A DNA stretch of 34,083 bases from an uncultured Alphaproteobacteria bacterium. Its GTDB lineage: Bacteria; Pseudomonadota; Alphaproteobacteria; VGEJ01. The translations under genes were made by a program, and so were the position numbers. Each line of letters starts with the position of its first letter. The stretch's first letter is position 1. The stretch is taken from assembly GCA_964446055.1 (NCBI GenBank), contig CAYUNL010000008.1, positions 1 to 34,083 on the forward strand, written 5' to 3'. Under the pieces are notes generated by a model that saw nothing but the letters and a program-made list of their open reading frames with translations, made no database searches and had not been told where the DNA came from. This document shows positions 10,021-17,535 of the stretch, one piece after another.

Positions 10021-11162
10021 CGCGCGCAGGCCCGCCGGAGGGCACCATCGAGCCGTTCGCCGGCGCGAGCCAGGGTCCGGTCGGCGCCGATCCACGCCCG
10101 AGCCGTTTGGCCCATGCGGCGGCGCAGGCCGGCATCCTCGATCAGCGCCTGGAGGCGCTCGGCGAAAGCATCCGGCGCCGCGCCGGCAACCAGGAAGCCG
10201 GTCTTGCCATCGCAGACGACGTCGCGGACGCCGCCGTCATCGCCAGCGACCACGGGCAGTCCGGCCGCCTGGGCCTCGAGCATGGCCATCCCATAGGCCT
10301 CGTTGACGGCAGGCCATGCGTAGATGTCGGCAGCCGCGAAGACCGCCGGCATCTCCGCCGCGGCCAGCGCCCCGGCGAACACCACCCGGCGCGAGCCAAA
10401 CCCGGCGAACGCCGCTTCGACTTCGGCGCGGGCTTCGCCCTCACCGACCACGATGAGTCGCCAGTCGTCGCGGCTGAGCCGCACCAGCGCCTCGGCAAGT
10501 CGACGGTAGGAATGGAGCTTGTCGCCCGCCCGCATCATGCCGACCGCCAGCAGCCACACCGCGTCTTCGTCCAGCGCCCATTTTCGCGCGAACGACGCGC
10601 GTGCGGCCTCGCGGCCGGAAGCGGCGGCGGCGAAGGGATCGTGGTCGAGGAATGGCGGTAGATGAACAAGCCGGTCGGGCGCGGCGACGATGGCGCGCAC
10701 GCAGTTCATGTCGAGCGCGGTCATGCACAAGACCGCGTCGGCCCGGGCGATCGCCGCCGCCGCCGCCTCGTGCCCGCGCCGCCAGATTCCTTGGGCGCGC
10801 TTTGGCGCATGGGAGGCCTCGGCCACGACATACGCGATCCCAAGGCCACGCGACACCGCCGGGCCGATCCAGTCGGGCGCCCGATAGTAGAGGTGGTAAG
10901 TGAACCAAAGCTCGGGGCGTGCCTCGGGCGCGACCAGGCGGTAGCCTGTCAGCAGAGCGGCGGCCTCGATTTCGCCGACCGCCTGCAGCGCCTGTTGGCC
11001 GGCGCCGTCGGGTGAGCGGTCGTAGCTGCGAAAGCTCGAGGCGAGCGTAACCGTGTGTCCGGCCGCGCGAAGCGCCTCCATGATCAGGCTCGCCATCGCC
11101 CGGTCGCCCGAGGCCACCGGGTGCGTCGGGGCCTTCAGCGGCGCGTAGAACGCGATGCGCAC
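10017..11162 (-). CDS. glycosyltransferase family 4 (GT-B, group 1)
   Basis: GTG start at 11160-11162 (VRIAFYAPLKAPTHPVASGDR...), 1 nt after the upstream TGA (11164-11166). C-terminal motif NEAYGMAMLEAQAAGLPVVAGDDGGVRDVV is a typical EX7E-type GT4 region. 381 aa. Confidence 0.8.
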   Translation of the reverse strand: MRIAFYAPLKAPTHPVASGDRAMASLIMEALRAAGHTVTLASSFRSYDRSPDGAGQQALQAVGEIEAAALLTGYRLVAPEARPELWFTYHLYYRAPDWIGPAVSRGLGIAYVVAEASHAPKRAQGIWRRGHEAAAAAIARADAVLCMTALDMNCVRAIVAAPDRLVHLPPFLDHDPFAAAASGREAARASFARKWALDEDAVWLLAVGMMRAGDKLHSYRRLAEALVRLSRDDWRLIVVGEGEARAEVEAAFAGFGSRRVVFAGALAAAEMPAVFAAADIYAWPAVNEAYGMAMLEAQAAGLPVVAGDDGGVRDVVCDGKTGFLVAGAAPDAFAERLQALIEDAGLRRRMGQTARAWIGADRTLARAGERLDGALRRACAR

Positions 11163-11163
11163 G

Positions 11164-12447
11164 TCAAGCGCCGCCGGCCCCGGAAACCGCCGCCCTGCCG
11201 AGGGGTGCCGCATCCGCGCCACCGGTATCGGGCGCGAACAACCGGGCCAGCCGGTCGATGCCGTCGGCGACATCGAAGTGGGTGCGGACGCGTATCTCGC
11301 CGGCCCGGCCCAGCGCACGACGGCGCTGAGGATCGGCGATGAGCTCGCCGAGCGCCGCCGCCATTGCTCCCACGTCGCCGGCCGCGACGAGCCGGCCGGT
11401 CACGCCATCCTCGATGAGTTCGGGGATTGCCGCGCTTGCGGTCGAGACGCAGGCCAGTGCTTGGCTCTGGGCCTCGACCAGCACGTTGGGCAGGCCGTCG
11501 CGGTCACCGTCGCGGGCGGTTCGGCTCGCCAGCACGAAGAGGTCGGATTGGCGGTAGCTTTCGAGCACCGCGTCATGGGGTTGCGCACCGTGCCACTCAA
11601 TGCGCGAGGCGAGACCGAGGCGCCGCGCCCGGCGCTTGAGACGGTCGAGTAGCGGTCCGCCCCCGACATGATCGAGACGCCAGTGGAGGGCCGGCGGCAA
11701 TCGGGAGAGCGAAGTCAGAAGATCGTCGTAGCCCTTCTTGGGCACGGCGCGGCCGATCGAGACCAGGCGCACGGGGTCGGCTGCGTCGGTCCCGTCGCGG
11801 TTGTACGCGGGTGCGGGATTCGGGGGAAAACGGTCGGGGTCGAGCCCGTGATAGACGAGGTGCACGCGGCCCGGCGGGGCGAGGGTCGCCAGTTGATCGG
11901 CGTTGAGCGCGCTACACGCGGCGCACCAGGCGCAATCGTCGAGTTTTTCGGCCTTCTCCCACTGTGGAATCGTCCATACGTCTTTGGCGTGGGCCGAGAC
12001 GCTCCACGGCAGACCGGTCAGGAGACTGGTATAGCGGGCGACGGAACCGGGCGTGTGCAAGAAATGAGCGTGGAGATGGGTCACCGTCGGCTCGATCTCA
12101 TGCGCAAGCACCAGCGCCTGGCCGAATCGGCGCACCCGGTTGGGACTCGGATCGCGTGCGAGATCGCGAAGCCAAAGCGTGCGCGCCGCCGTATAGGCGG
12201 GCCGACGACGCAGCGCGCGCCACGCCCCGAGGACGCGCATCGGCTCGCGGAACAGATACTCCGGGAGGTAGCGGACCGGGGCCACGATTGTCTCGTGAAT
12301 CGGGTGGGTATGGGCGTCGCCGGGCTGGCGCAGCGAGACGATGACGATCCTTAGGCCGCGCTGCTCGAGCGCGTGAATCTCTTGGGAGATGAAGGTCTCG
12401 GACAGCCGGGGATAGCCCTTGACGATAAAGGCGTAGGTTCCCGGCAT
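11164..12447 (-). CDS. glycosyltransferase family 4 (WcaL/AmsK-like)
   Basis: Start MPGTYAFIVKGYPRLSETFISQEI at ATG 12445-12447, 8 nt after the upstream stop (spacer contains AAGG). C-terminal DGLPNVLVEAQSQALACVSTASAAIPELIEDGVTG is a GT4 signature. Confidence 0.8.
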   Translation of the reverse strand: MPGTYAFIVKGYPRLSETFISQEIHALEQRGLRIVIVSLRQPGDAHTHPIHETIVAPVRYLPEYLFREPMRVLGAWRALRRRPAYTAARTLWLRDLARDPSPNRVRRFGQALVLAHEIEPTVTHLHAHFLHTPGSVARYTSLLTGLPWSVSAHAKDVWTIPQWEKAEKLDDCAWCAACSALNADQLATLAPPGRVHLVYHGLDPDRFPPNPAPAYNRDGTDAADPVRLVSIGRAVPKKGYDDLLTSLSRLPPALHWRLDHVGGGPLLDRLKRRARRLGLASRIEWHGAQPHDAVLESYRQSDLFVLASRTARDGDRDGLPNVLVEAQSQALACVSTASAAIPELIEDGVTGRLVAAGDVGAMAAALGELIADPQRRRALGRAGEIRVRTHFDVADGIDRLARLFAPDTGGADAAPLGRAAVSGAGGA

Positions 12448-12455
12448 CGGGACCT

Positions 12456-13703
12456 TCAGGCGGGGCGGCGAATGCGCTCGGGCGCGGACCCGGTCCTGCC
12501 GAGCCACGGCGCGGCGAGACGATTGACGTTGTCGAGGCCCTCGAGGAGGCCGGGAACCACGACCTTGGACGGCCGGCGCTGACCGGGAAGGGCGCGCAAC
12601 GCCCGCGCCATGATCTCGGGATCATACTCGCCGTCGTCGTTCAGCATGCGGACCAGACCCAGTTCCTGGGCGCGTGAGGCGCGGATGAACTGCTCGCGCC
12701 GAGGCACCGTCCGCGGCACGATGAGCGCACGTTTGTCGAGCGAGAGTATCTCGCAGAAGGTGTTGTAGCCGCCCATCGCCACGATCGCGGCGGCGCGCGC
12801 CTCGAGCTCCTCCATGTGGGGGCTGAAGGTGATGGCGTCGAGGCGCGCCAGCGACGCGGCGCGGCGCTTGAACTCCGCCTGCTGCTCGGGCGCCATGAAC
12901 GGGCCCAGCACCATCAGCGCTGGATAGGGCAGCATGGGCTCGCTTTCGTAGGCGCGCAGAACCCACTCGATGAGGCCGACGCCATCACCGCCGCCACCGG
13001 TGGTGACCAAAAGGTAGGGCTTGCGGGCGATCTCGGGGAGCGGCGCCGCGGTGGCCGAGCGCGCCACCGCGCGCGGCAGATAGCCGGTGTAGACGATCCG
13101 TCGGCGGATCGAGGCGGGCATGCCGATCTCGGCCAAGGGTTCGCAAATCTGCGGCAGCCCGTAGATCCAGATTTCGTCGTACAAATCCTCCAGCGCGGGC
13201 AGGACCTTCTTGCGCTCCCATTCCGGCCCCAGCAGCGCCGGCTCGTCCAAGACGTCGCGGAGGCCGAGAACCAACCGCGTGCCGCGCGTCTTGAGCAGTT
13301 TGAGCGTGTCGTGGACCTCGCCGCGAAGGCCCAGCGGCTCTTTGTCGACGATGAAGATGTCGGGATCGAAGATCTCGGCGGTGTGCTGGATGATCGAGGC
13401 CCGCATCGATAGGGTCTGTTCGACGTCGATGTGGAGGTTGAGCGCCGTGTATTCGCCGTTGCGCAGCTTGATCACGCCGGGAACGCGCACGAAATCGACC
13501 CGCGCGCGGAAGTCGAATCGTCCGATGATCGGGGAGCCCGACAGAATCAGCGCCGACAGCTGCTTGTGGTTCTCGACGAGCGAGTTGGCGATGGTCAGGC
13601 AGCGCCGCAGATGCCCGAGCCCGAAGGTGTCATGGCTATAGATAAGGACGCGCGCCACACCATCGGCGCCGGGGCGGCTGCCCGCGGTGACCTCCTTTAG
13701 CAT
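12456..13703 (-). CDS. glycosyltransferase, GT-B fold (GT28 C-terminal-domain/MurG-like; N-terminal GLGHLRR motif)
   Basis: ATG at 13701-13703 (MLKEV...). The track ORF starts at an upstream TTG (13725-13727); the true start is uncertain. Contains RVLIYSHDTFGLGHLRR and ...LLVTTGGGGDG...VAMGGYNTFCEILS. First gene of the minus-strand operon. Confidence 0.75.
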   Translation of the reverse strand: MLKEVTAGSRPGADGVARVLIYSHDTFGLGHLRRCLTIANSLVENHKQLSALILSGSPIIGRFDFRARVDFVRVPGVIKLRNGEYTALNLHIDVEQTLSMRASIIQHTAEIFDPDIFIVDKEPLGLRGEVHDTLKLLKTRGTRLVLGLRDVLDEPALLGPEWERKKVLPALEDLYDEIWIYGLPQICEPLAEIGMPASIRRRIVYTGYLPRAVARSATAAPLPEIARKPYLLVTTGGGGDGVGLIEWVLRAYESEPMLPYPALMVLGPFMAPEQQAEFKRRAASLARLDAITFSPHMEELEARAAAIVAMGGYNTFCEILSLDKRALIVPRTVPRREQFIRASRAQELGLVRMLNDDGEYDPEIMARALRALPGQRRPSKVVVPGLLEGLDNVNRLAAPWLGRTGSAPERIRRPA

Positions 13704-13817
13704 GGGCGCACTATGGCATACCCCCAAGCGCGGCCAAAAGCCAATTGTTGGGGCAAATGCCGACGTTTACCGCGCTGCCCGCCTACGATAAGCTCTCGCC
13801 CGCGCCGCACCGGGTAG
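13704..13817. promoter_or_regulatory. divergent intergenic region that must carry promoters for the GT operon (leftward) and the ABC-exporter unit (rightward)
   Basis: It is the only non-coding gap between the two divergent units. Only weak short inverted repeats (CCAATTGTTGG, GGCAAATGCC) are visible. I could not call a convincing -35/-10 or Crp-type site. Confidence 0.4.
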
Positions 13818-16526
13818 ATGATCGTGCGTCGGGGAAACCGACCGAGCCACCCCATGGAACCATCGATCTTCAAGTTCGTCATTCGATATAGTCTGCGCCA
13901 GCAGGTGTTCCTTACGGTGATGGCGGCGCTTTCGTTTCCCTTCCTGTACGCCTTCTATGAGCTGCCCAAACAGATCGTAAACGGCGCGATCCAAGCCGAC
14001 GGGGCCGACTTTCCGAAGTCTCTGATCCCCGATTTCATCGCCCCGGACGCGCTGCCGCTCGACCACCTGCCCTTCCTCTTCGTGCTGTGCGCGCTGTTCC
14101 TGGTCCTGGTGGTCGTGAATCAGGGCTTCAAGTACTACGTTAACGTCTACCGCGGGCTCACCGGCGAGCGCATGCTGCGACGGCTTCGCTATGAGCTCTA
14201 TAGCCGGGTTTTGCGCTTCCCCCTTCCCACCTTCCGCAAGGTCAGCCAGGGCGAGATCATTCCGATGATCACCGCCGAGGTCGAACCACTGGGCGGGTTC
14301 ATTGGCGAGGCCTTCTCGCTGCCCGCCTTTCAGGGCGGAACGCTGCTGGTGATCGTGACCTTCCTGTTCATCCAGAGCCCGCTGATGGCAGCCGCGGCGA
14401 TCGCACTCTACCCGCTTCAGATGTACCTGATTCCCAAGCTTCAGCGCCGCGTAAACATGCTGGGAAAGGAGCGCGTTCGCCTGGTCCGCCGGCTGTCGGA
14501 CCGGATCGGCGAAACCGTCCAGGGCGTGCAAGAGGTGCATACCCACGACACCTCGAACCTCGAACTCGCGAACTTCACCGACCGGCTGGGCTCGATCTTG
14601 GACGTTCGCTACAAGATTTACCGATTGAAGTTCGTCATCAAGTTCCTGAACAACTTCATTCAGCAGCTTGGACCCTTCTTCTTCTATTCGATCGGTGGCT
14701 ATCTGGTGATCACTGGGGGCCTCGATATCGGCACGCTGATCGCCGCAATCGCCGCCCAGAAGGATCTCGCCTCGCCGTGGAAGGAGCTGTTGAACTACTA
14801 CCAGCGAATGGAGGATTCGCGGATCAAGTACGAACAGGTCGTGACTCAGTTCGCGCCCAGCGGAATTCTCGACGCGAGCCATCAGCTCGACACCCCCGAG
14901 AAAGTCGAGCCCCTGTCGGGCGACGTCGCCGCGGCCAACGTGACGCTGACCGACGATCAAGACAACGCGGTCATCGACGGAGTCTCGTTTAAGATCGACG
15001 TCGATCGCCACGTCGCCATCGTCGGCACGGGCGCCAGCGGCAAGGAGGATTTGGCGCTTCTGATGGCGCGGCTCATCGCGCCCAGCAAGGGTACGTTTTC
15101 GGTCAACGGCCAAGGCATGGAGGGAATGCCCGAGGCAATCACCGGGCGGCGCATCTCGTACGTTGGCCCCTCGGGCTTCATCTTTGCGGCGAGCTTCGGC
15201 GAGAACCTGTTCTACGGGCTCAAGCACCGGCCCATGGTCGAGCCCACCTACGAGGGTGAGGCGGCCGCGAAATGGGCGAATCATCTCACGGAAGCCAAGG
15301 CGGCGGGCAACATCACCCATAACCTTGGCGCCGACTGGATCGACTACGCCGCGGCAGGGGTCGACGGGATGGAGGCACTGCGGGTGGAGGCCCTGCGCAT
15401 CTTGAGGCTGGTCGACCTCGGCCCCGACATCTATCAGCTTGGCTTGCGCGGCACCATCGACCCCGCCGCACATTCCGATCTTGCGGAGACCTTCTTGCGC
15501 GCCCGCGCCGCGCTGCGCGAGCGCAGCGCGGATTCGGAGATCGCCTCGCTGGTCGAGTTGTTCGATCGCAGTCTCTACAACACCAACGCGACGGTCGGAG
15601 AGAACGTGCTGTTTGGCAGCCCCAAGGGCGATGCCTTCGACATGGACAGCCTGGCCGAGAACGATTACGTGCTCTTGGTGCTGGAGAAGGTCGGCTTGAC
15701 CGAGATCATGGTCTCGATCGGCTACCAGGTCGCCGCAACGATGGTCGAGCTGTTCGCCGACCTACCGTCGGATCACGAGTTCTTCCAGAAGTTCAGCTTC
15801 ATCAGCGCCGAGGACCTGCCTGAATTCCAGGCCCTGTTGACGCGGGCCGACAAGGACAATCTCGATCAGCTGTCGGCCGAGGATCGAACCCGTCTCTTGT
15901 CGCAGCCCTTCAAGCTGGTTCCGGTGCGTCACCGCCTCGGCCTCATCGACGAGGAGATGCAGGGGCGGCTGTTGGAGGCACGCGCCGCCTTCGCCGAGGG
16001 ATTGCCCGAAGAGCTTACGGATTCGATCGAGTTCTACGACGCCGAGCGATACAACGCCTCGGCCAACCTGCAGGACAATATCCTGTTCGGCAAGATTGCC
16101 TACGGCGAGGCGAAGTCGGCGGAACGCGTCGGCACGCTGATCTCGGAGGTCATCAATGAGTTGGGGCTCGAGGACACGGTCGGACTCGTGGCCTTCGACT
16201 TCGAGGTCGGAATCGCGGGATCGCGCCTGTCCGCGGCGCAGCGCCAGAAGCTGGCCTTGGCCCGCGGCATCCTAAAGCGGCCCGATGTCTTGATCTTGTC
16301 CGAAGCCACCCAGACCCTCGATTCGGCCGCCCAGGCCAGGATCATGCGCAACATCTTGCAGGAGTTCAAAGGCCGCGGCGTGATCTGGGCGCTGCACGAT
16401 CCCGACGTGGCCAAGGAGTTCGATCACATCTTGGTAATGAAAAGCGGCAAGATTGCGGAGCAGGGAAGCCACACCGACCTCGACAAGGACGGCACGGTGT
16501 ATAATGGCTTGATGGCGGCGGAATGA
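13818..16526 (+). CDS. ABC exporter, fused TMD-NBD half-transporter with expanded, motif-degenerate NBD
   Basis: 902 aa (alternative ATG at 13854). The N-terminal ~330 aa has about 6 hydrophobic helices of ABC_membrane type. Walker A GTGASGKE at 15024-15047, signature LSAAQ at 16227-16241, Walker B VLILSE at 16287-16304, H-loop His at 16395-16397. Confidence 0.85.
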   Translation: MIVRRGNRPSHPMEPSIFKFVIRYSLRQQVFLTVMAALSFPFLYAFYELPKQIVNGAIQADGADFPKSLIPDFIAPDALPLDHLPFLFVLCALFLVLVVVNQGFKYYVNVYRGLTGERMLRRLRYELYSRVLRFPLPTFRKVSQGEIIPMITAEVEPLGGFIGEAFSLPAFQGGTLLVIVTFLFIQSPLMAAAAIALYPLQMYLIPKLQRRVNMLGKERVRLVRRLSDRIGETVQGVQEVHTHDTSNLELANFTDRLGSILDVRYKIYRLKFVIKFLNNFIQQLGPFFFYSIGGYLVITGGLDIGTLIAAIAAQKDLASPWKELLNYYQRMEDSRIKYEQVVTQFAPSGILDASHQLDTPEKVEPLSGDVAAANVTLTDDQDNAVIDGVSFKIDVDRHVAIVGTGASGKEDLALLMARLIAPSKGTFSVNGQGMEGMPEAITGRRISYVGPSGFIFAASFGENLFYGLKHRPMVEPTYEGEAAAKWANHLTEAKAAGNITHNLGADWIDYAAAGVDGMEALRVEALRILRLVDLGPDIYQLGLRGTIDPAAHSDLAETFLRARAALRERSADSEIASLVELFDRSLYNTNATVGENVLFGSPKGDAFDMDSLAENDYVLLVLEKVGLTEIMVSIGYQVAATMVELFADLPSDHEFFQKFSFISAEDLPEFQALLTRADKDNLDQLSAEDRTRLLSQPFKLVPVRHRLGLIDEEMQGRLLEARAAFAEGLPEELTDSIEFYDAERYNASANLQDNILFGKIAYGEAKSAERVGTLISEVINELGLEDTVGLVAFDFEVGIAGSRLSAAQRQKLALARGILKRPDVLILSEATQTLDSAAQARIMRNILQEFKGRGVIWALHDPDVAKEFDHILVMKSGKIAEQGSHTDLDKDGTVYNGLMAAE

Positions 16527-16547
16527 GCCCGCCCGAGGAGAGTTACG

Positions 16548-17003
16548 GTGAGCCTTAACGAAGAGGTCGAGCTGCTGCGCAATATTCCGCTGTTTAGCAA
16601 GATCGAGCCCTCGAAGCTGAAGCTCTTGGCATTCACGAGCGAGAGGCTGACCTTTCACAAGGACCAGGACTTGTGCGTCGAGGGCGAAATGGGCGACGCG
16701 GCATTCATCATTATCGACGGCGGCGCCGACGTCATCGTTTCGACACCCAGCGGGCCGCTCAAGGTCACCGAGGTGGCCAAGAACGACTTCGTCGGCGAGA
16801 TCTCGATCCTTCGTGATGTGCCGCGAACGGCGACCGTGACGGCGTCCTCGGACTGCACCGTCTTGCGCATCTCGAAGGACTTGTTCTTCCGGCTCGTGAG
16901 CGAGTTTCCCGAGATGGCGGTTGAGATCATGCGTGAGCTGGCCCGGCGATTGGAGAACACGACGATCCAGCTACGGGAGGCGACGACCGCCGCTTCCCAT
17001 TAG
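16548..17003 (+). CDS. stand-alone cyclic nucleotide-binding (cNMP/CAP-effector) domain protein
   Basis: 151 aa. GTG start preceded by GAGGAG (16535-16540). Contains LLRNIPLFSKIEPSKLKLLA, and a phosphate-binding cassette FVGEISIL...RTATVTA (16788-16838) with the conserved Arg-Thr-Ala. No HTH or other output domain. Confidence 0.85.
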   Translation: MSLNEEVELLRNIPLFSKIEPSKLKLLAFTSERLTFHKDQDLCVEGEMGDAAFIIIDGGADVIVSTPSGPLKVTEVAKNDFVGEISILRDVPRTATVTASSDCTVLRISKDLFFRLVSEFPEMAVEIMRELARRLENTTIQLREATTAASH

Positions 17004-17016
17004 ATCGGCCGACCCG

Positions 17017-17535
17017 ATGAGCCGGCTCGACAGCTTCATCCGGCGGACCATGGCGCAACGCGATTGCCTTGGCGAGGCGGCCCGATTGATCGCCGCGATA
17101 CCCGGGCCGGTGCTGGAATTCGGTCTCGGCAACGGCCGCACCTACGATCACCTTCGGACGCTGCTGCCGGAGCGGGAGATTTTCGTATTCGACCGCCAGA
17201 TCGCCGCTCACCCCGAGTGCATCCCCGATCCCGAGCACATGGTGCTGGGCGATATCCACGACACCGTGCCCGCCGCGCGAGCCCGCATTCCCGAGCCCGC
17301 GGCGCTGGCCCATTGCGATGTCGGCACCGGGGACAAAGAGGCCTCGGCGGCGCTTGCGGCGTGGCTGGCACCGCTGCTCAAGCCGCTATTGGCCCCTGGC
17401 GCGGTCGTCGTTTGCGATCAGGAGGCACTTTGGTGCGAAGGCTTCTCGCGGCTTCCGCCGCCGGAGGGCGTCCCCGAGGGGCGCTATTTCATGCTGCGGT
17501 TGGGGCCCGCATCGGCGGGCCGGGATTCGCCCTAG
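17017..17535 (+). CDS. small class I methyltransferase-fold protein (putative)
   Basis: Start MSRLDSFIRR at ATG 17017, 13 nt after the cNMP gene stop. Gly-rich motif-I-like VLEFGLGNGRTYDHL. 172 aa. Functional assignment is weak. Confidence 0.45.
   Translation: MSRLDSFIRRTMAQRDCLGEAARLIAAIPGPVLEFGLGNGRTYDHLRTLLPEREIFVFDRQIAAHPECIPDPEHMVLGDIHDTVPAARARIPEPAALAHCDVGTGDKEASAALAAWLAPLLKPLLAPGAVVVCDQEALWCEGFSRLPPPEGVPEGRYFMLRLGPASAGRDSP

Noticed and set aside
13767-15473. 568-aa ORF antisense to the ABC exporter gene
   Set aside because: Its composition is typical of antisense translation: Asp/Glu/Arg/Gln/His/Gly-rich, with no hydrophobic periodicity and no recognisable motifs. The sense strand encodes a coherent TMD-NBD protein.
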